Positions 1-9,713 of a stretch of 64,000 nt of DNA are shown here, in pieces. The stretch spans positions 11,619 through 75,618 of the forward strand of contig JALVOT010000008.1 of NCBI GenBank assembly GCA_027026255.1, written 5' to 3'. A program made the position numbers and the translations under genes. Below the pieces are notes generated by a model that saw only the letters and a program-made list of their open reading frames with translations, searched no databases and was not told where the DNA came from. The DNA is from a candidate division WOR-3 bacterium. Its GTDB lineage: Bacteria; Hydrothermota; Tepidihabitantia; SM23-42. Numbering within the stretch: the first letter of the stretch is position 1; every line of letters starts with the position of its first letter.

Positions 1-1270
1 CATCCTTATGGGCAAAATCGAATTTGTTATAATCCATTCGATCGTAAAAAATACCATCAACTTCAGGATATCTTTTTATCAATTTTTTTGCCTGGCCGAT
101 TATATATCTACCCCAGCTGCTTTTCGGGTCGGGATTCATCAGATTTGTATATTTCCAGGATGGTAAGGGATTACCGTTTTCGTCTTTTGCAATATCCGGC
201 GGGAAATATCGTTTTGCATACTGATGCCAGGCTTCAAAGACTTGAAAATATAGATATACCTTGATTCCATATTTATGCCAGAGACTGATGAGCCGCTGCA
301 TATCTTTACAACTATTGCGCTTTCTGCCTGCGCCATCTTTCCATTCGGAAATGCTTACCCGGTCCGAATTGGATATAAGCCCCCAATCCTTGGATTCGGG
401 TACATAAAGTCCATAAAATGGGAAGTATCCATGCAATTCAATCCAGGCAACACCCTGCTCTTTCAGTTGTTCAATCTTTTTGTTTTTATCGAATGGGTTT
501 GCTAAGTAATATAATCCATCATTTAAGCGAATATGTGAAGAAAAATATTCTGGATATCGATTCAAGAAGAAATTCAGCCCGCCTCGCCAATCCGAAGGAT
601 GGATAACAAGATGAATTCCAAATTTAATTGTATTTTTTTTATCACCAAGTAAATTTTTGCAGGAGACTATTAACTTTTTTTTCCTTATAGTAAAAAAAAG
701 AGATGGTTTTTCAATCTCGGGTGATGCGATAATGCTTAATCCGAAATTCTTAGAATGATTCAGAACAGTAAAGACCGGTAAGAAAATATCTTTGCGATAA
801 TTAACGGTTAGGGACGAAAGATTTTCAAGATTTAGCTCATATGGATATCCGGGTTGAAATATATGTTCGATATTATTAATGATCGGGATGATAAAAGAAC
901 CGTTGACTTCAGAGGTGACTTTTGAACGATTGGTAATGGATACCTCCCAGTATAAACCCGCTGAATCGATAAGAAACTTTTGTTTAAATATATGCGTGCG
1001 GTATTTCCGCTCAATTATTATCTTGCCATAATCAGATCTTTGTTCTGTAAAAATTTTTGATTCGAAATTTTGAGAAAATGGAAAGGTGTTTGAAACAAAG
1101 GTGCAGGGCTCTGATATTAAATTACCTTTCCCGAGTTTAATCCCGGCAATATTGTTGTTGTTTTTTGTGATTTCAATCCGAAAGTGCGTGTTCCTCAAAA
1201 TCAAAAGGGAATCTGTTTCGGTTAAAAAATCAGCAGTTAATAAAAATAGTAAGATGTTGACCACTGACAT
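1..1270 (-). CDS. hypothetical protein, 3' end cut by the window edge (hydrophobic signal-like N-terminus; C-terminal half weakly glycoside-hydrolase/TIM-barrel-like)
   Basis: Absent from the ORF track because it has no stop inside the window. My manual minus-strand translation is open from ATG 1270 (MSVVNILLFLLTADFL...) down to base 1 (...GIFYDRMDYNKFDFAHKD). The ATG overlaps the TAA stop of the upstream GT2 gene (TAATG). Confidence 0.7.
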   Translation of the reverse strand, partial: MSVVNILLFLLTADFLTETDSLLILRNTHFRIEITKNNNNIAGIKLGKGNLISEPCTFVSNTFPFSQNFESKIFTEQRSDYGKIIIERKYRTHIFKQKFLIDSAGLYWEVSITNRSKVTSEVNGSFIIPIINNIEHIFQPGYPYELNLENLSSLTVNYRKDIFLPVFTVLNHSKNFGLSIIASPEIEKPSLFFTIRKKKLIVSCKNLLGDKKNTIKFGIHLVIHPSDWRGGLNFFLNRYPEYFSSHIRLNDGLYYLANPFDKNKKIEQLKEQGVAWIELHGYFPFYGLYVPESKDWGLISNSDRVSISEWKDGAGRKRNSCKDMQRLISLWHKYGIKVYLYFQVFEAWHQYAKRYFPPDIAKDENGNPLPSWKYTNLMNPDPKSSWGRYIIGQAKKLIKRYPEVDGIFYDRMDYNKFDFAHKD

Positions 1271-2325
1271 TAGCAACGGTCGAATTTCTGTTTACCCAAA
1301 ATATCTTTTAATATCTGTCCAATGGGAATTTTGGGAGGACCGAATTTTAAAATTCCATATAAAAAACCCAATCCCCAAGAGATATGTAAAACCCAGAAGA
1401 TAAGAATAAGCAGCGGGAAATATATAATACCGTGTCTTATAGAAATCGCCAAGGATGTTGCCGCGGTGTAGAAAAAGTATGAGGCGACAGGTATCCACCA
1501 ATATTTTAAGCCGACAGCCAGGGATATGATTGATAAAAAAAGCCAGATTAATAGTGCCGGAGGGATCAGATGCCTCCAGCGAATTGAATCAGGATGGGTC
1601 TTAATTGTCTTTACCCTCCAGATTCCATAAAGTAGATACTGTCGAGCGAGTTTTTTTAGTGAACCCCGGACAATATATTGGCATCGTATCTTTGGTGAAA
1701 GCAAAATTTTTCCACCGGCTTTACGAATTCGATAGTTGAGTTCATAATCGCCATTTCTTACCCAACCTTCATTAAAAAGACCGACCGATTCCAGGGTGCT
1801 TTTGCGCCAGGCGCCGAGATATACAGTATCCACCCATTTTTCTTTTTTTAAATAACGAAATTCCGCATCACCGATGCCGAAAGGGGTAGTGGTTGCTAAG
1901 GCGATCGCTTTGGTTAGATAATTATATCCGACCGCCTTCTGGAGACCACCGACATTTGCTGCGCCGGTAGATTGTAGTAATTCCACGCAATTTCGGATAT
2001 AATCAGGTGCATAGATTACATGGGCATCCATACTTATAATGATTTCACCACGAGCTGCTTTAATGCCAATGTTATTTGCACTAACCCTTATCTTCTTTGG
2101 ATTATCGAGCAATTTAATAAAAGGATATTTGCGCATATACTCTTCAACAATTTCCCGAGAGCGGTCCGTGCTTCTTCCATCAACTACCAGAATTTCCATT
2201 TTGTCCCGAGGATAATCATTGGAAACGATTGAATCCAACGATTGTGCCACAAATTTTTCTTCATTACGGAGGGGAATTATTACTGAAACAAAAGGTAATT
2301 GCTCAGAACTTTTGACTTGCGGCAT
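1270..2325 (-). CDS. family 2 glycosyltransferase with C-terminal membrane helices
   Basis: 351-aa ORF. The N-terminus VSVIIPLRNEE...NDYP...EILVVDGRSTD is a typical GT-A/GT2 signature, and the C-terminus is hydrophobic. Confidence 0.85.
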   Translation of the reverse strand: MPQVKSSEQLPFVSVIIPLRNEEKFVAQSLDSIVSNDYPRDKMEILVVDGRSTDRSREIVEEYMRKYPFIKLLDNPKKIRVSANNIGIKAARGEIIISMDAHVIYAPDYIRNCVELLQSTGAANVGGLQKAVGYNYLTKAIALATTTPFGIGDAEFRYLKKEKWVDTVYLGAWRKSTLESVGLFNEGWVRNGDYELNYRIRKAGGKILLSPKIRCQYIVRGSLKKLARQYLLYGIWRVKTIKTHPDSIRWRHLIPPALLIWLFLSIISLAVGLKYWWIPVASYFFYTAATSLAISIRHGIIYFPLLILIFWVLHISWGLGFLYGILKFGPPKIPIGQILKDILGKQKFDRC

Positions 2326-2331
2326 AGATTT

Positions 2332-2359
2332 ATTATAGTTAAATCAGATACATTGTCAA
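2332..2359 (-). promoter_or_regulatory. sigma70-type promoter, leaderless geometry (GT2 operon)
   Basis: Minus strand reads TTGACA (2359-2354), 16 nt, TATAAT (2337-2332), 6 nt, ATG (2325). Confidence 0.6.
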
Positions 2360-2386
2360 TTGACCAGGCTGTTATTTGTTAAACTA

Positions 2387-2414
2387 TTGACTAAATCTTT
2401 GATTTATATATACT
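2387..2414 (+). promoter_or_regulatory. sigma70-type promoter, leaderless geometry (wzz-like operon)
   Basis: TTGACT (2387-2392), 16 nt, TATACT (2409-2414), 6 nt, ATG (2421). Confidence 0.6.
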
Positions 2415-2420
2415 CAATTT

Positions 2421-3650
2421 ATGAAAAAGTTGAGAAAAATGACTGTTCTGGACTATTGGTTAATAATGACTAAACACCGAAGGGTTTTAATAATTAATAC
2501 TGTTACAATAACTGTTATTGCAATAGTGATAAGTCTTCTTTTAATTCCTCAATTTAGAGCGAGCGCGACGATCTTGCCACCGGGCGGTGAGGAATCGACA
2601 ATGTTTGGGCTTTTATCTTCAAACCTTCCTGCAGGAATCGCCAGTTTATCAAGGATGACCGGGGTTGTGCCAGGATTGGCAACACCTTCGGATCTTTATG
2701 CCGCAATTTTGAAGAGCGGGAGGATAAAAGGAATAATTATAAAAAGATTCAATTTAATGGAGGAGTTTAAAACCAGGACTATGATTGATGCCTACAAGGC
2801 GCTCGACAGAATTACAAAAATTGAAGTCTCACCCGAGGGGCTCATTTCCGTTACCGTAACCTATAAGAACAAATACCTTGCCGCTGATATTGCCAATGCC
2901 TATATTGAAGAATTGGATAAGTTTAATCGAGAGACGGCGATGACCACGGGCAAGAAATATCGTATATTCATCGAAAAAAGGTTGAAAGAGACCGAGGATT
3001 CCTTGGCCCGGGCAGAAGAGGCATTAAGAAATTTCCAGGAAAAACACCGAACCATTGCCCTTGATACTGAAATTGAAAAGGTTATTGAGACGATTGCGAA
3101 ATTAAAGAGCCAAATAATTTTAAAGGAGGTGCAGAAAGGGGCATCCGGTGGAGTCAATAACCCTTACACCCGAAGTATTGAGCAGGAATTAAGGGAATTA
3201 AGAAAACAACTTGCAAAGATTGAATTTGGTGGGAGGACTAAGAAAAATAAGGAGTTCGGCGCGGGGTTTTCAATTCCACTTGCTGAACTTCCTGAAGTTT
3301 CATTGGAATATGCCCGGCTGTTCAGGGATGTTAAGGTTCAAGAGGCCGTATATGAACTTCTTACCCAGCAATATGAGCAGGCAAAGATTATGGAGGCAAA
3401 AGATACCCCGACCGTGCAGATGCTGGATCGCGCCTCCCCGCCCGAGAAGCGGTTTTTCCCGGTACGAAGTAGAATAGTTATTTTCGCCTTTATTTTATCT
3501 TTAATAATCAATATTCCCATCGCGCTTTTTTTAGATTATTTGGTTGATACAAAAAATAATCCAAAAGATCACCAAACATTTAATAGAATAACAAAGGACA
3601 TTTCCCGGGATTTAATAAAACTGAAAAAACTATTTACACATAAAAAATAA
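2421..3650 (+). CDS. polysaccharide chain-length determinant (Wzz/GumC-like, no kinase domain)
   Basis: 409-aa ORF with N- and C-terminal TM segments flanking a long coiled-coil region. It sits in a Wzx/Wzy locus. Confidence 0.75.
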   Translation: MKKLRKMTVLDYWLIMTKHRRVLIINTVTITVIAIVISLLLIPQFRASATILPPGGEESTMFGLLSSNLPAGIASLSRMTGVVPGLATPSDLYAAILKSGRIKGIIIKRFNLMEEFKTRTMIDAYKALDRITKIEVSPEGLISVTVTYKNKYLAADIANAYIEELDKFNRETAMTTGKKYRIFIEKRLKETEDSLARAEEALRNFQEKHRTIALDTEIEKVIETIAKLKSQIILKEVQKGASGGVNNPYTRSIEQELRELRKQLAKIEFGGRTKKNKEFGAGFSIPLAELPEVSLEYARLFRDVKVQEAVYELLTQQYEQAKIMEAKDTPTVQMLDRASPPEKRFFPVRSRIVIFAFILSLIINIPIALFLDYLVDTKNNPKDHQTFNRITKDISRDLIKLKKLFTHKK

Positions 3651-3671
3651 TATGCCCGGCGGACATTCTCT

Positions 3672-5078
3672 ATGAGTCCATACATTATTAATACTATTCC
3701 TGAAACAAAAAAACATATCGGGTTTCTGATTTTCCTCGGGATTATATTGATACAAACGGTTTTCATCATCATTTTTGCTTATTATGGTCTTATACCAATT
3801 CTCTTGTCCGCGATTTTTACTTTTTTATTCGTATATACATTTCTTTCTGTAAAAAGATATTATTTTCTCGTTTGTCTGTATTTTAGTATCTTCCCGGCAA
3901 TGTATTACTTGTCAAATTTCCCTGATATCCCTGTCGGATTTGTCTGGTACATTGGCTATCCGCTTTTTTTACTACTCATTTTTTACTGGATGATTCATAT
4001 TATGGAAAATAAATATATATTATCACTTACCACACTTGATGTGCTGCTGATATTGTTCGGAAGCTCTCTATTCCTTTCAGCTGCACTCGGTTACCTGAAA
4101 GGATATGACCGCGAATACTGGCTGTATGATTTTATGAATCTATCTTTGTATATTACATATTTTGTTGTCCTTTATTCGCCTCTGAAAAATATGGGTAAAC
4201 AAATCTTTGGTTTTATTAGCGTCTGCGCCGTCATCATTTCTTTGCAATTTTTGGATGCGATATTCAAATTCGGAGGTATTGTAATTCTAACAAGAATTGT
4301 ATCCGAACATATACATCTTTCCCAACTTGCATTTCCCTATATCGCCCTGAATATGATTTACACAAGAAATAAATTAAAGAAATTCATTTTTGCGATAGCT
4401 ATTCTTCTGATTTTTGTTGGTATTATTATTTCACAGCAAAGAGCAATGTGGGGCTCAACATTTGTTATGACATTTATTTTAGCGATAATTGCTTTTTATC
4501 GTATACACTTATGGTTGAAATTACATATTGTCAAAATTATAACCGCAGCCGTAATTATTTTCATAGGTCTGACAGGATTGTTCTTTGTAGTTAACACATC
4601 AACACAAGGACAATTATATACTACTCTTATCAGCAGGGGATTAATTTTATTCAATCCGGTTTTACTGAAATTTGACGAATCAGCGAAGGTCCGAATGCAT
4701 GAAATCTCTGATGCAATAGATGATACGAAAAATGAATTTTTAATAGGAAAGGGTTTAGGGGCTTCGCTGGTTACCCGATGGCGTTTTGTTCGACATAGTG
4801 TAGTGGATAATAGTTTTGTATTCCTGTATTGGAAGATGGGGCTTTGGGGTTTATTCACCTTTTTATCTTTTTACTTATATTTTTTCCTTAGAGGCTGGAG
4901 ATTGTTGAAGAAAAAATTATCACTTGATGAGCGGTGTATAGTTGAATCATCCCTGCTTAATTTTCTTGGACTTTTTATAATCGCTCTAACAAATGTCTGT
5001 ATCGTTCATTATAGATTCATCCTGATCTGGGCAACAATGATTGCGATTGTTGAATCGATTGCCAGGAAGTATGACTGA
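3672..5078 (+). CDS. O-antigen polymerase/ligase-like (Wzy-type) polytopic membrane protein
   Basis: 468-aa ORF with many TM helices. The ISQQRAMWGS loop resembles the Wzy_C/O-antigen ligase motif. Confidence 0.7.
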   Translation: MSPYIINTIPETKKHIGFLIFLGIILIQTVFIIIFAYYGLIPILLSAIFTFLFVYTFLSVKRYYFLVCLYFSIFPAMYYLSNFPDIPVGFVWYIGYPLFLLLIFYWMIHIMENKYILSLTTLDVLLILFGSSLFLSAALGYLKGYDREYWLYDFMNLSLYITYFVVLYSPLKNMGKQIFGFISVCAVIISLQFLDAIFKFGGIVILTRIVSEHIHLSQLAFPYIALNMIYTRNKLKKFIFAIAILLIFVGIIISQQRAMWGSTFVMTFILAIIAFYRIHLWLKLHIVKIITAAVIIFIGLTGLFFVVNTSTQGQLYTTLISRGLILFNPVLLKFDESAKVRMHEISDAIDDTKNEFLIGKGLGASLVTRWRFVRHSVVDNSFVFLYWKMGLWGLFTFLSFYLYFFLRGWRLLKKKLSLDERCIVESSLLNFLGLFIIALTNVCIVHYRFILIWATMIAIVESIARKYD

Positions 5079-6375
5079 TTACATAAAAAAATCTTTTGTT
5101 ACATATTTAAATCAAATAATCAGGTTATTACTGATTGCCGGAAGTAATATCATCATCGCCCGATACCTTGGTCCTTCCGGGAAAGGTATCCTGGCATTAA
5201 TAACAAATTTTTACTCAATAACAGTGATGATTGGTATGTTCGGAATCGATGAGGCGAGTGTCTATTTTATTAGCAGTAAAAAAGCGAAGCACAGTGCATT
5301 ATTTACTAATATTCTGTGTCAGACGGTGATAATTTCTGTTATTGCAACAGTGATTTTTCTGACCAATAGAAGTTGGTTTCTAAGCCGTCCTCTAAAGGGC
5401 ATTACAGAACATTATTATTATATCATGATTTTCTTGATTCCCCTATTTTTTTTGATTCAACATACAAGAACAATACTTCTTGGGCATCGGGCAATTTATA
5501 AATATAATATATATATCGTGCTCCAGATGTTGTTTCTCTTTGTTGGCCAGTTAATTCTTATTCCCCACTTTGGATTGTGGGGCGGGGTTCTTTCTATAAT
5601 AGTTGCTGGAGTTATAAGCTCGGTTTTGGGGATTGTTTTCCTTTTAAAATTTGGGTCTCCTCAGACGAAAATTAATTTTGGTTTATTGAAAAAGTCGTAT
5701 GGTTTTGGCATTAAATCTCAGCTTGGATTGTTCTTCAGTTATATCAATAGAAGGCTGGATATCTTTATTGTTAATTTTTTTTTAAATCCATCCCAGGTCG
5801 GTATTTACTCAATTGCTGTTGCGGTGGCTGAATTACCCTGGTATCTTCCTTCATCCGCCGCCACGGTTCTTTTTCCCTGGGTGGCTGATAAATCAAAAAA
5901 TGAATCTGCGAAATTTACGGCATATGTATTAAGGAACAGTATTTTTATTACCTTCGTAATCGGAGTCGTTCTTGCCCTTTCCGGTAAAATCATTATAACT
6001 ATTCTCTTCGGTAAGGCCTTTGATAAATCAGTGTTATTATTATATATTTTACTACCCGGAATCCTCTGTCTTGGTATTACACGCATTCTTGGGGCGCACT
6101 TTCAGGGTAGCGGAAGACCTGAGTTGGGGACATTGATGGTAGCATTTTCATTTGTAGAAACGGTTGTTCTTGATGTGGTTTTGATTCCTAAGGTCGGCAT
6201 CATAGGCGCCGCTGTGGCATCCACAATTGCGTATGCAACTTCTGCATTAATTGGAATATATATATTTATAAGATTGTGGCCGGTTAATATATTTGACACA
6301 TTGTTTGTTAAGAAAGATGATTTTTTAAAGATGAGAAATTTCTTGAATTTCTTAAAAAGGAGGAATAATGAATAA
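5071..6375 (+). CDS. Wzx-type polysaccharide flippase (MOP superfamily)
   Basis: Polytopic ORF. The track starts at TTG 5041, but ATG 5071 (MTDYIKK...) overlaps the upstream stop (ATGACTGA), so I prefer 5071. Confidence 0.75.
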   Translation: MTDYIKKSFVTYLNQIIRLLLIAGSNIIIARYLGPSGKGILALITNFYSITVMIGMFGIDEASVYFISSKKAKHSALFTNILCQTVIISVIATVIFLTNRSWFLSRPLKGITEHYYYIMIFLIPLFFLIQHTRTILLGHRAIYKYNIYIVLQMLFLFVGQLILIPHFGLWGGVLSIIVAGVISSVLGIVFLLKFGSPQTKINFGLLKKSYGFGIKSQLGLFFSYINRRLDIFIVNFFLNPSQVGIYSIAVAVAELPWYLPSSAATVLFPWVADKSKNESAKFTAYVLRNSIFITFVIGVVLALSGKIIITILFGKAFDKSVLLLYILLPGILCLGITRILGAHFQGSGRPELGTLMVAFSFVETVVLDVVLIPKVGIIGAAVASTIAYATSALIGIYIFIRLWPVNIFDTLFVKKDDFLKMRNFLNFLKRRNNE

Positions 6376-7408
6376 AAAATTACTTCTCGCTGCGCCTATC
6401 GGGGCACCCGGTCCGTTGACTGCATTAAGAAATCATTATAAAATCCTCAAAAACCATTTTGACTGTCAATTTGCTTCACTTGAAGAATTGGTATTCCCGT
6501 TTTGTAATAAACTTAATAAGCATAAAAATTTCTGTGATAGGGCTGCACGAAGATTGAAATGGGTATCGGTTAATAGGCTGATTCCGTTTGGCGAAAATAT
6601 AATTTTTGCCAGTTATGGTAGAATTTACAAAACAATCATTGCGAAACTAAACAAAAAAGGGATTAGACCGTCGTTTATCTGGTGCAGCACCTTGGGACAG
6701 CTGGAGATGACACCCGGGGAAAGGGCTTCTTTTGTGGCTATGATAGAATTATTGAAAAAAGGAAGAATAAAGTATTTGTTGCTCCATCGTCGGTTGTATA
6801 AAACAATTGGAGTATTTTTGAAAGAGGTGGTTTTTTTGCCGCATAGTATTGACCTTGTAGAATTACAGGGCGTAGAAAAGCTTAATTTACCGGGATTAAA
6901 TATTGACCTGTTCTGTCGGCCCAGATACGGAAAAAATATTTTAAATCAATTGCTTGCTTTTGAAATAGCCCGGCTTGATGGAAAATTACATATCAATTTT
7001 GATGTCAATAAATTTAATGGGATAGTGGAACTTATCTCTTCGAAATATATTCAACACCGATGGATTCCGCAGAATAGCTATTTTAGTCTGATTTCAAGTA
7101 TGGACCTTGCCCTCCAGGTAACGATAGGTGAAAGTTTCAATTATGCGGTTTGTGAACATATGGCCCTTGGTGTGCCTGTCTTAACTACCGAAGATATATA
7201 TCTGGTATCCGGGGATAAATATCTGGCGAAATATTTATGTGTTCCTGCTGCGGATACTCCTCCTGTAATTGCTGAGTATATTAGAAAAATCGTAACCGAT
7301 AGAAATTTACACAATGAGCTGGCAAATCGTTGCCGGGAAAGAATTGCCAGAGTCGCTGAAGATAATAATAAAATAGTTATTCAAAAAATCAAGGAACTCT
7401 TTGGTTGA
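6368..7408 (+). CDS. glycosyltransferase (GT1/GT4-like)
   Basis: 346-aa ORF. The C-terminal ESFNYAVCEHMALGVPVLTTED matches the E..G...EAMA.G.PV motif of GT-B enzymes. Confidence 0.6.
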   Translation: MNKKLLLAAPIGAPGPLTALRNHYKILKNHFDCQFASLEELVFPFCNKLNKHKNFCDRAARRLKWVSVNRLIPFGENIIFASYGRIYKTIIAKLNKKGIRPSFIWCSTLGQLEMTPGERASFVAMIELLKKGRIKYLLLHRRLYKTIGVFLKEVVFLPHSIDLVELQGVEKLNLPGLNIDLFCRPRYGKNILNQLLAFEIARLDGKLHINFDVNKFNGIVELISSKYIQHRWIPQNSYFSLISSMDLALQVTIGESFNYAVCEHMALGVPVLTTEDIYLVSGDKYLAKYLCVPAADTPPVIAEYIRKIVTDRNLHNELANRCRERIARVAEDNNKIVIQKIKELFG

Positions 7409-8510
7409 CCTTTTTATATACTTCCAGGGTAGCGAGTGCTGTTTTCTCCCACGAAAAATTCTTTGATATCTCAAACCCCTTTTGTGCAATTTGATGGGCA
7501 TATTGGGGATTTAGCAAAATGCGCTCTAATGCTGATTTCAATTCTGTAGTATTGTTCGGGTTGAAAGTAATTACCCCATTCTTTACAAATGGAGCAACTG
7601 CAATTGAATTTGAAATAATCACGGGAATCTTTGACGCCATCGCTTCTAACACCGGGAGTGAAAAACCCTCATAAAGTGATGGCATCACAAAAACTGAGGC
7701 ATTTGCATATAAATCTGCTAAATTTTCGGTAACATGGCCGAGGAATAGAACCTGTTTACTTAAATTAAATTTTTGAATATATTTCTTAACCGTAATGTAT
7801 GCATTACCTTTTTTGCCGGCGACGACGATTATGTATCTATTTTTTATTTCGCCGCTCAATTGATTATATGCCTGAATTAATGTTTCCAGATTTTTATTCT
7901 TATCAATGACACTCACAAAAAGGATATAAGGTTTGGTTATATTATTGAAAGAATGCTTTTTGTATGAAGGGTTAAACTGATTTAGATTTACACCATTAAG
8001 AACCAAACTTATTTTTTTTGAATTTATGCCCAGTCTGGTAAGTAAGGCTTTTTTTACATTGGGGGAGACAGCGATAATATGGTCAGATTTTTTTGTTTCA
8101 AGTTTTACAATAATTTTACGAGCCAGGGAGCGAAACCAACCGTATTTTTCAGGAAAAGAAAATTCCAATAACTCATCATGGATTGAACAGATGTGTATAG
8201 TATTTTTGAAAATGAGAGGCATTGTGCCCGGTAGGTGGACTATGTCAGGATGAAATTTCCGGGCTAAAAATGGAAAAATGAAGGCATGCCAGATATTTCT
8301 TAATATTCTATTAGAGAACCAATTTATCTTAATTAACTGGAGATTTTTGTTGTTAATATAACCTTTAAAATTTTCCTGCCATTTACCATAAAATATGTAG
8401 TACTGATTGGCGGTGTCAATTTTGGCGAGGGCATAGATTAATTCCAGACAATATCTGTCTGTGCCTTTAATTAAATGGGACCAACTTACTGCATTAATAA
8501 CAATACGCAT
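7389..8510 (-). CDS. GT4-family glycosyltransferase
   Basis: 373-aa ORF with the motif VMPSLYEGFSLPVLEAMASKIPVIISN. Confidence 0.85.
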   Translation of the reverse strand: MRIVINAVSWSHLIKGTDRYCLELIYALAKIDTANQYYIFYGKWQENFKGYINNKNLQLIKINWFSNRILRNIWHAFIFPFLARKFHPDIVHLPGTMPLIFKNTIHICSIHDELLEFSFPEKYGWFRSLARKIIVKLETKKSDHIIAVSPNVKKALLTRLGINSKKISLVLNGVNLNQFNPSYKKHSFNNITKPYILFVSVIDKNKNLETLIQAYNQLSGEIKNRYIIVVAGKKGNAYITVKKYIQKFNLSKQVLFLGHVTENLADLYANASVFVMPSLYEGFSLPVLEAMASKIPVIISNSIAVAPFVKNGVITFNPNNTTELKSALERILLNPQYAHQIAQKGFEISKNFSWEKTALATLEVYKKVNQRVP

Positions 8511-8513
8511 ATA

Positions 8514-9578
8514 TTAAAGAAATTTTTTGATCGCCGCTAATGTATCATCTGCGACATTACGCCAGGTTCTTATTTTTGCAGACCTTAATGCATTATTTTT
8601 TGCAATAGAAATTCTTAGGTTATGGTCGGTTATTAATCGATGAATCGCCTCAGCAAGGGCATCAATATTTTCCGGTTCGTATAAAATTGCGTTAATATTA
8701 TCTTTAAGTGACTCCCTGGTTGCCGGAATTGCTGATGCAATGATAGGCAGGCCAAAGGAAATCGCTTCGAGGAGCACCATACCAAAGGTCTCAGAACGGG
8801 ATGCCGAAATGAAGATATCGGCTTTTCTATAAAAATGAGACAATCTTTCTTTATCTACTTCACCGTGAAAGATAATTTTCCCGGATAAATTCGCTTCATA
8901 AATTAATTTTTGAATACAATGAAAATATTTGGAATTCGAATCATACCTACCAATTACATTTAATGTAAAATCAAGATTCTTTAGTCTGCTTAATGCCTTT
9001 ATTAAAGTGTCCAGCCCTTTCCATGGTTTCACCTGACCAACAAAAAGCAGGTTCTTTGCATTTTCAGCTGAATGCTTTCTGGGTTTACCCCATACCTTTG
9101 GAGCCGGATTTACAATTTTTTGAGTTTTGGAATTTAAATGAAATGGAGAAAAGTATGCCTTTGCTGATACACTGGGAAAAATCAGGAGAGAGGCACCCTG
9201 GAGAATAAGATATTCAATTAAAAACTCTAAATTTCGTTCAATAGACCCCTTTCGAAGATTATAAAATGTCTGAAGGCAATTAATGCCGTATCTATTGCCC
9301 AGCATTCTGCTGATAAAGAGGGGAATAATTAAACGAAAATGCATACCATGATTCACGAAGATAAAAGAATTTTTTCGATACCTTAAAAGAATTTTTACAA
9401 TCTTGAGGATAAAATACAATCTATTTTTTCTTATCCACACAGGAAAATCAGCACAATTTATAACATCCATTTCAATACCCCTGTTTTGCAAGTACCTGAT
9501 TATTTGGGCTAATCGATACAGACCACCGGTATAAGGATGATAAAGATCGCGGTGAATAATTATTAACTTTTTCTTCAA
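8514..9578 (-). CDS. GT4-family glycosyltransferase
   Basis: 354-aa ORF with the motif ISASRSETFGMVLLEAISFGLPIIAS. TTG start with GTGAGG 6 nt upstream. Confidence 0.8.
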   Translation of the reverse strand: MKKKLIIIHRDLYHPYTGGLYRLAQIIRYLQNRGIEMDVINCADFPVWIRKNRLYFILKIVKILLRYRKNSFIFVNHGMHFRLIIPLFISRMLGNRYGINCLQTFYNLRKGSIERNLEFLIEYLILQGASLLIFPSVSAKAYFSPFHLNSKTQKIVNPAPKVWGKPRKHSAENAKNLLFVGQVKPWKGLDTLIKALSRLKNLDFTLNVIGRYDSNSKYFHCIQKLIYEANLSGKIIFHGEVDKERLSHFYRKADIFISASRSETFGMVLLEAISFGLPIIASAIPATRESLKDNINAILYEPENIDALAEAIHRLITDHNLRISIAKNNALRSAKIRTWRNVADDTLAAIKKFL

Positions 9579-9619
9579 ATAGGCCTCACTTAAGAAAATT
9601 TAAATGAAATATGATTTTA

Positions 9620-9647
9620 ATTATATGCAATTTCTAATAAGCGTCAA
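9620..9647 (-). promoter_or_regulatory. sigma70-type promoter with ~40-nt leader (GT4 genes)
   Basis: Minus strand reads TTGACG (9647-9642), 16 nt, TATAAT (9625-9620). Confidence 0.5.
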
Positions 9648-9679
9648 GGATTCTCTGATTTATATTTAAGGTTTAAGAG

Positions 9680-9707
9680 TTGACTTATCAAAAAAATTAA
9701 TTATTCT
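9680..9707 (+). promoter_or_regulatory. sigma70-type promoter, leaderless geometry (egsA-like gene)
   Basis: TTGACT (9680-9685), 16 nt, TATTCT (9702-9707), 6 nt, GTG (9714). Confidence 0.45.
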
Positions 9708-9713
9708 TGTTTT

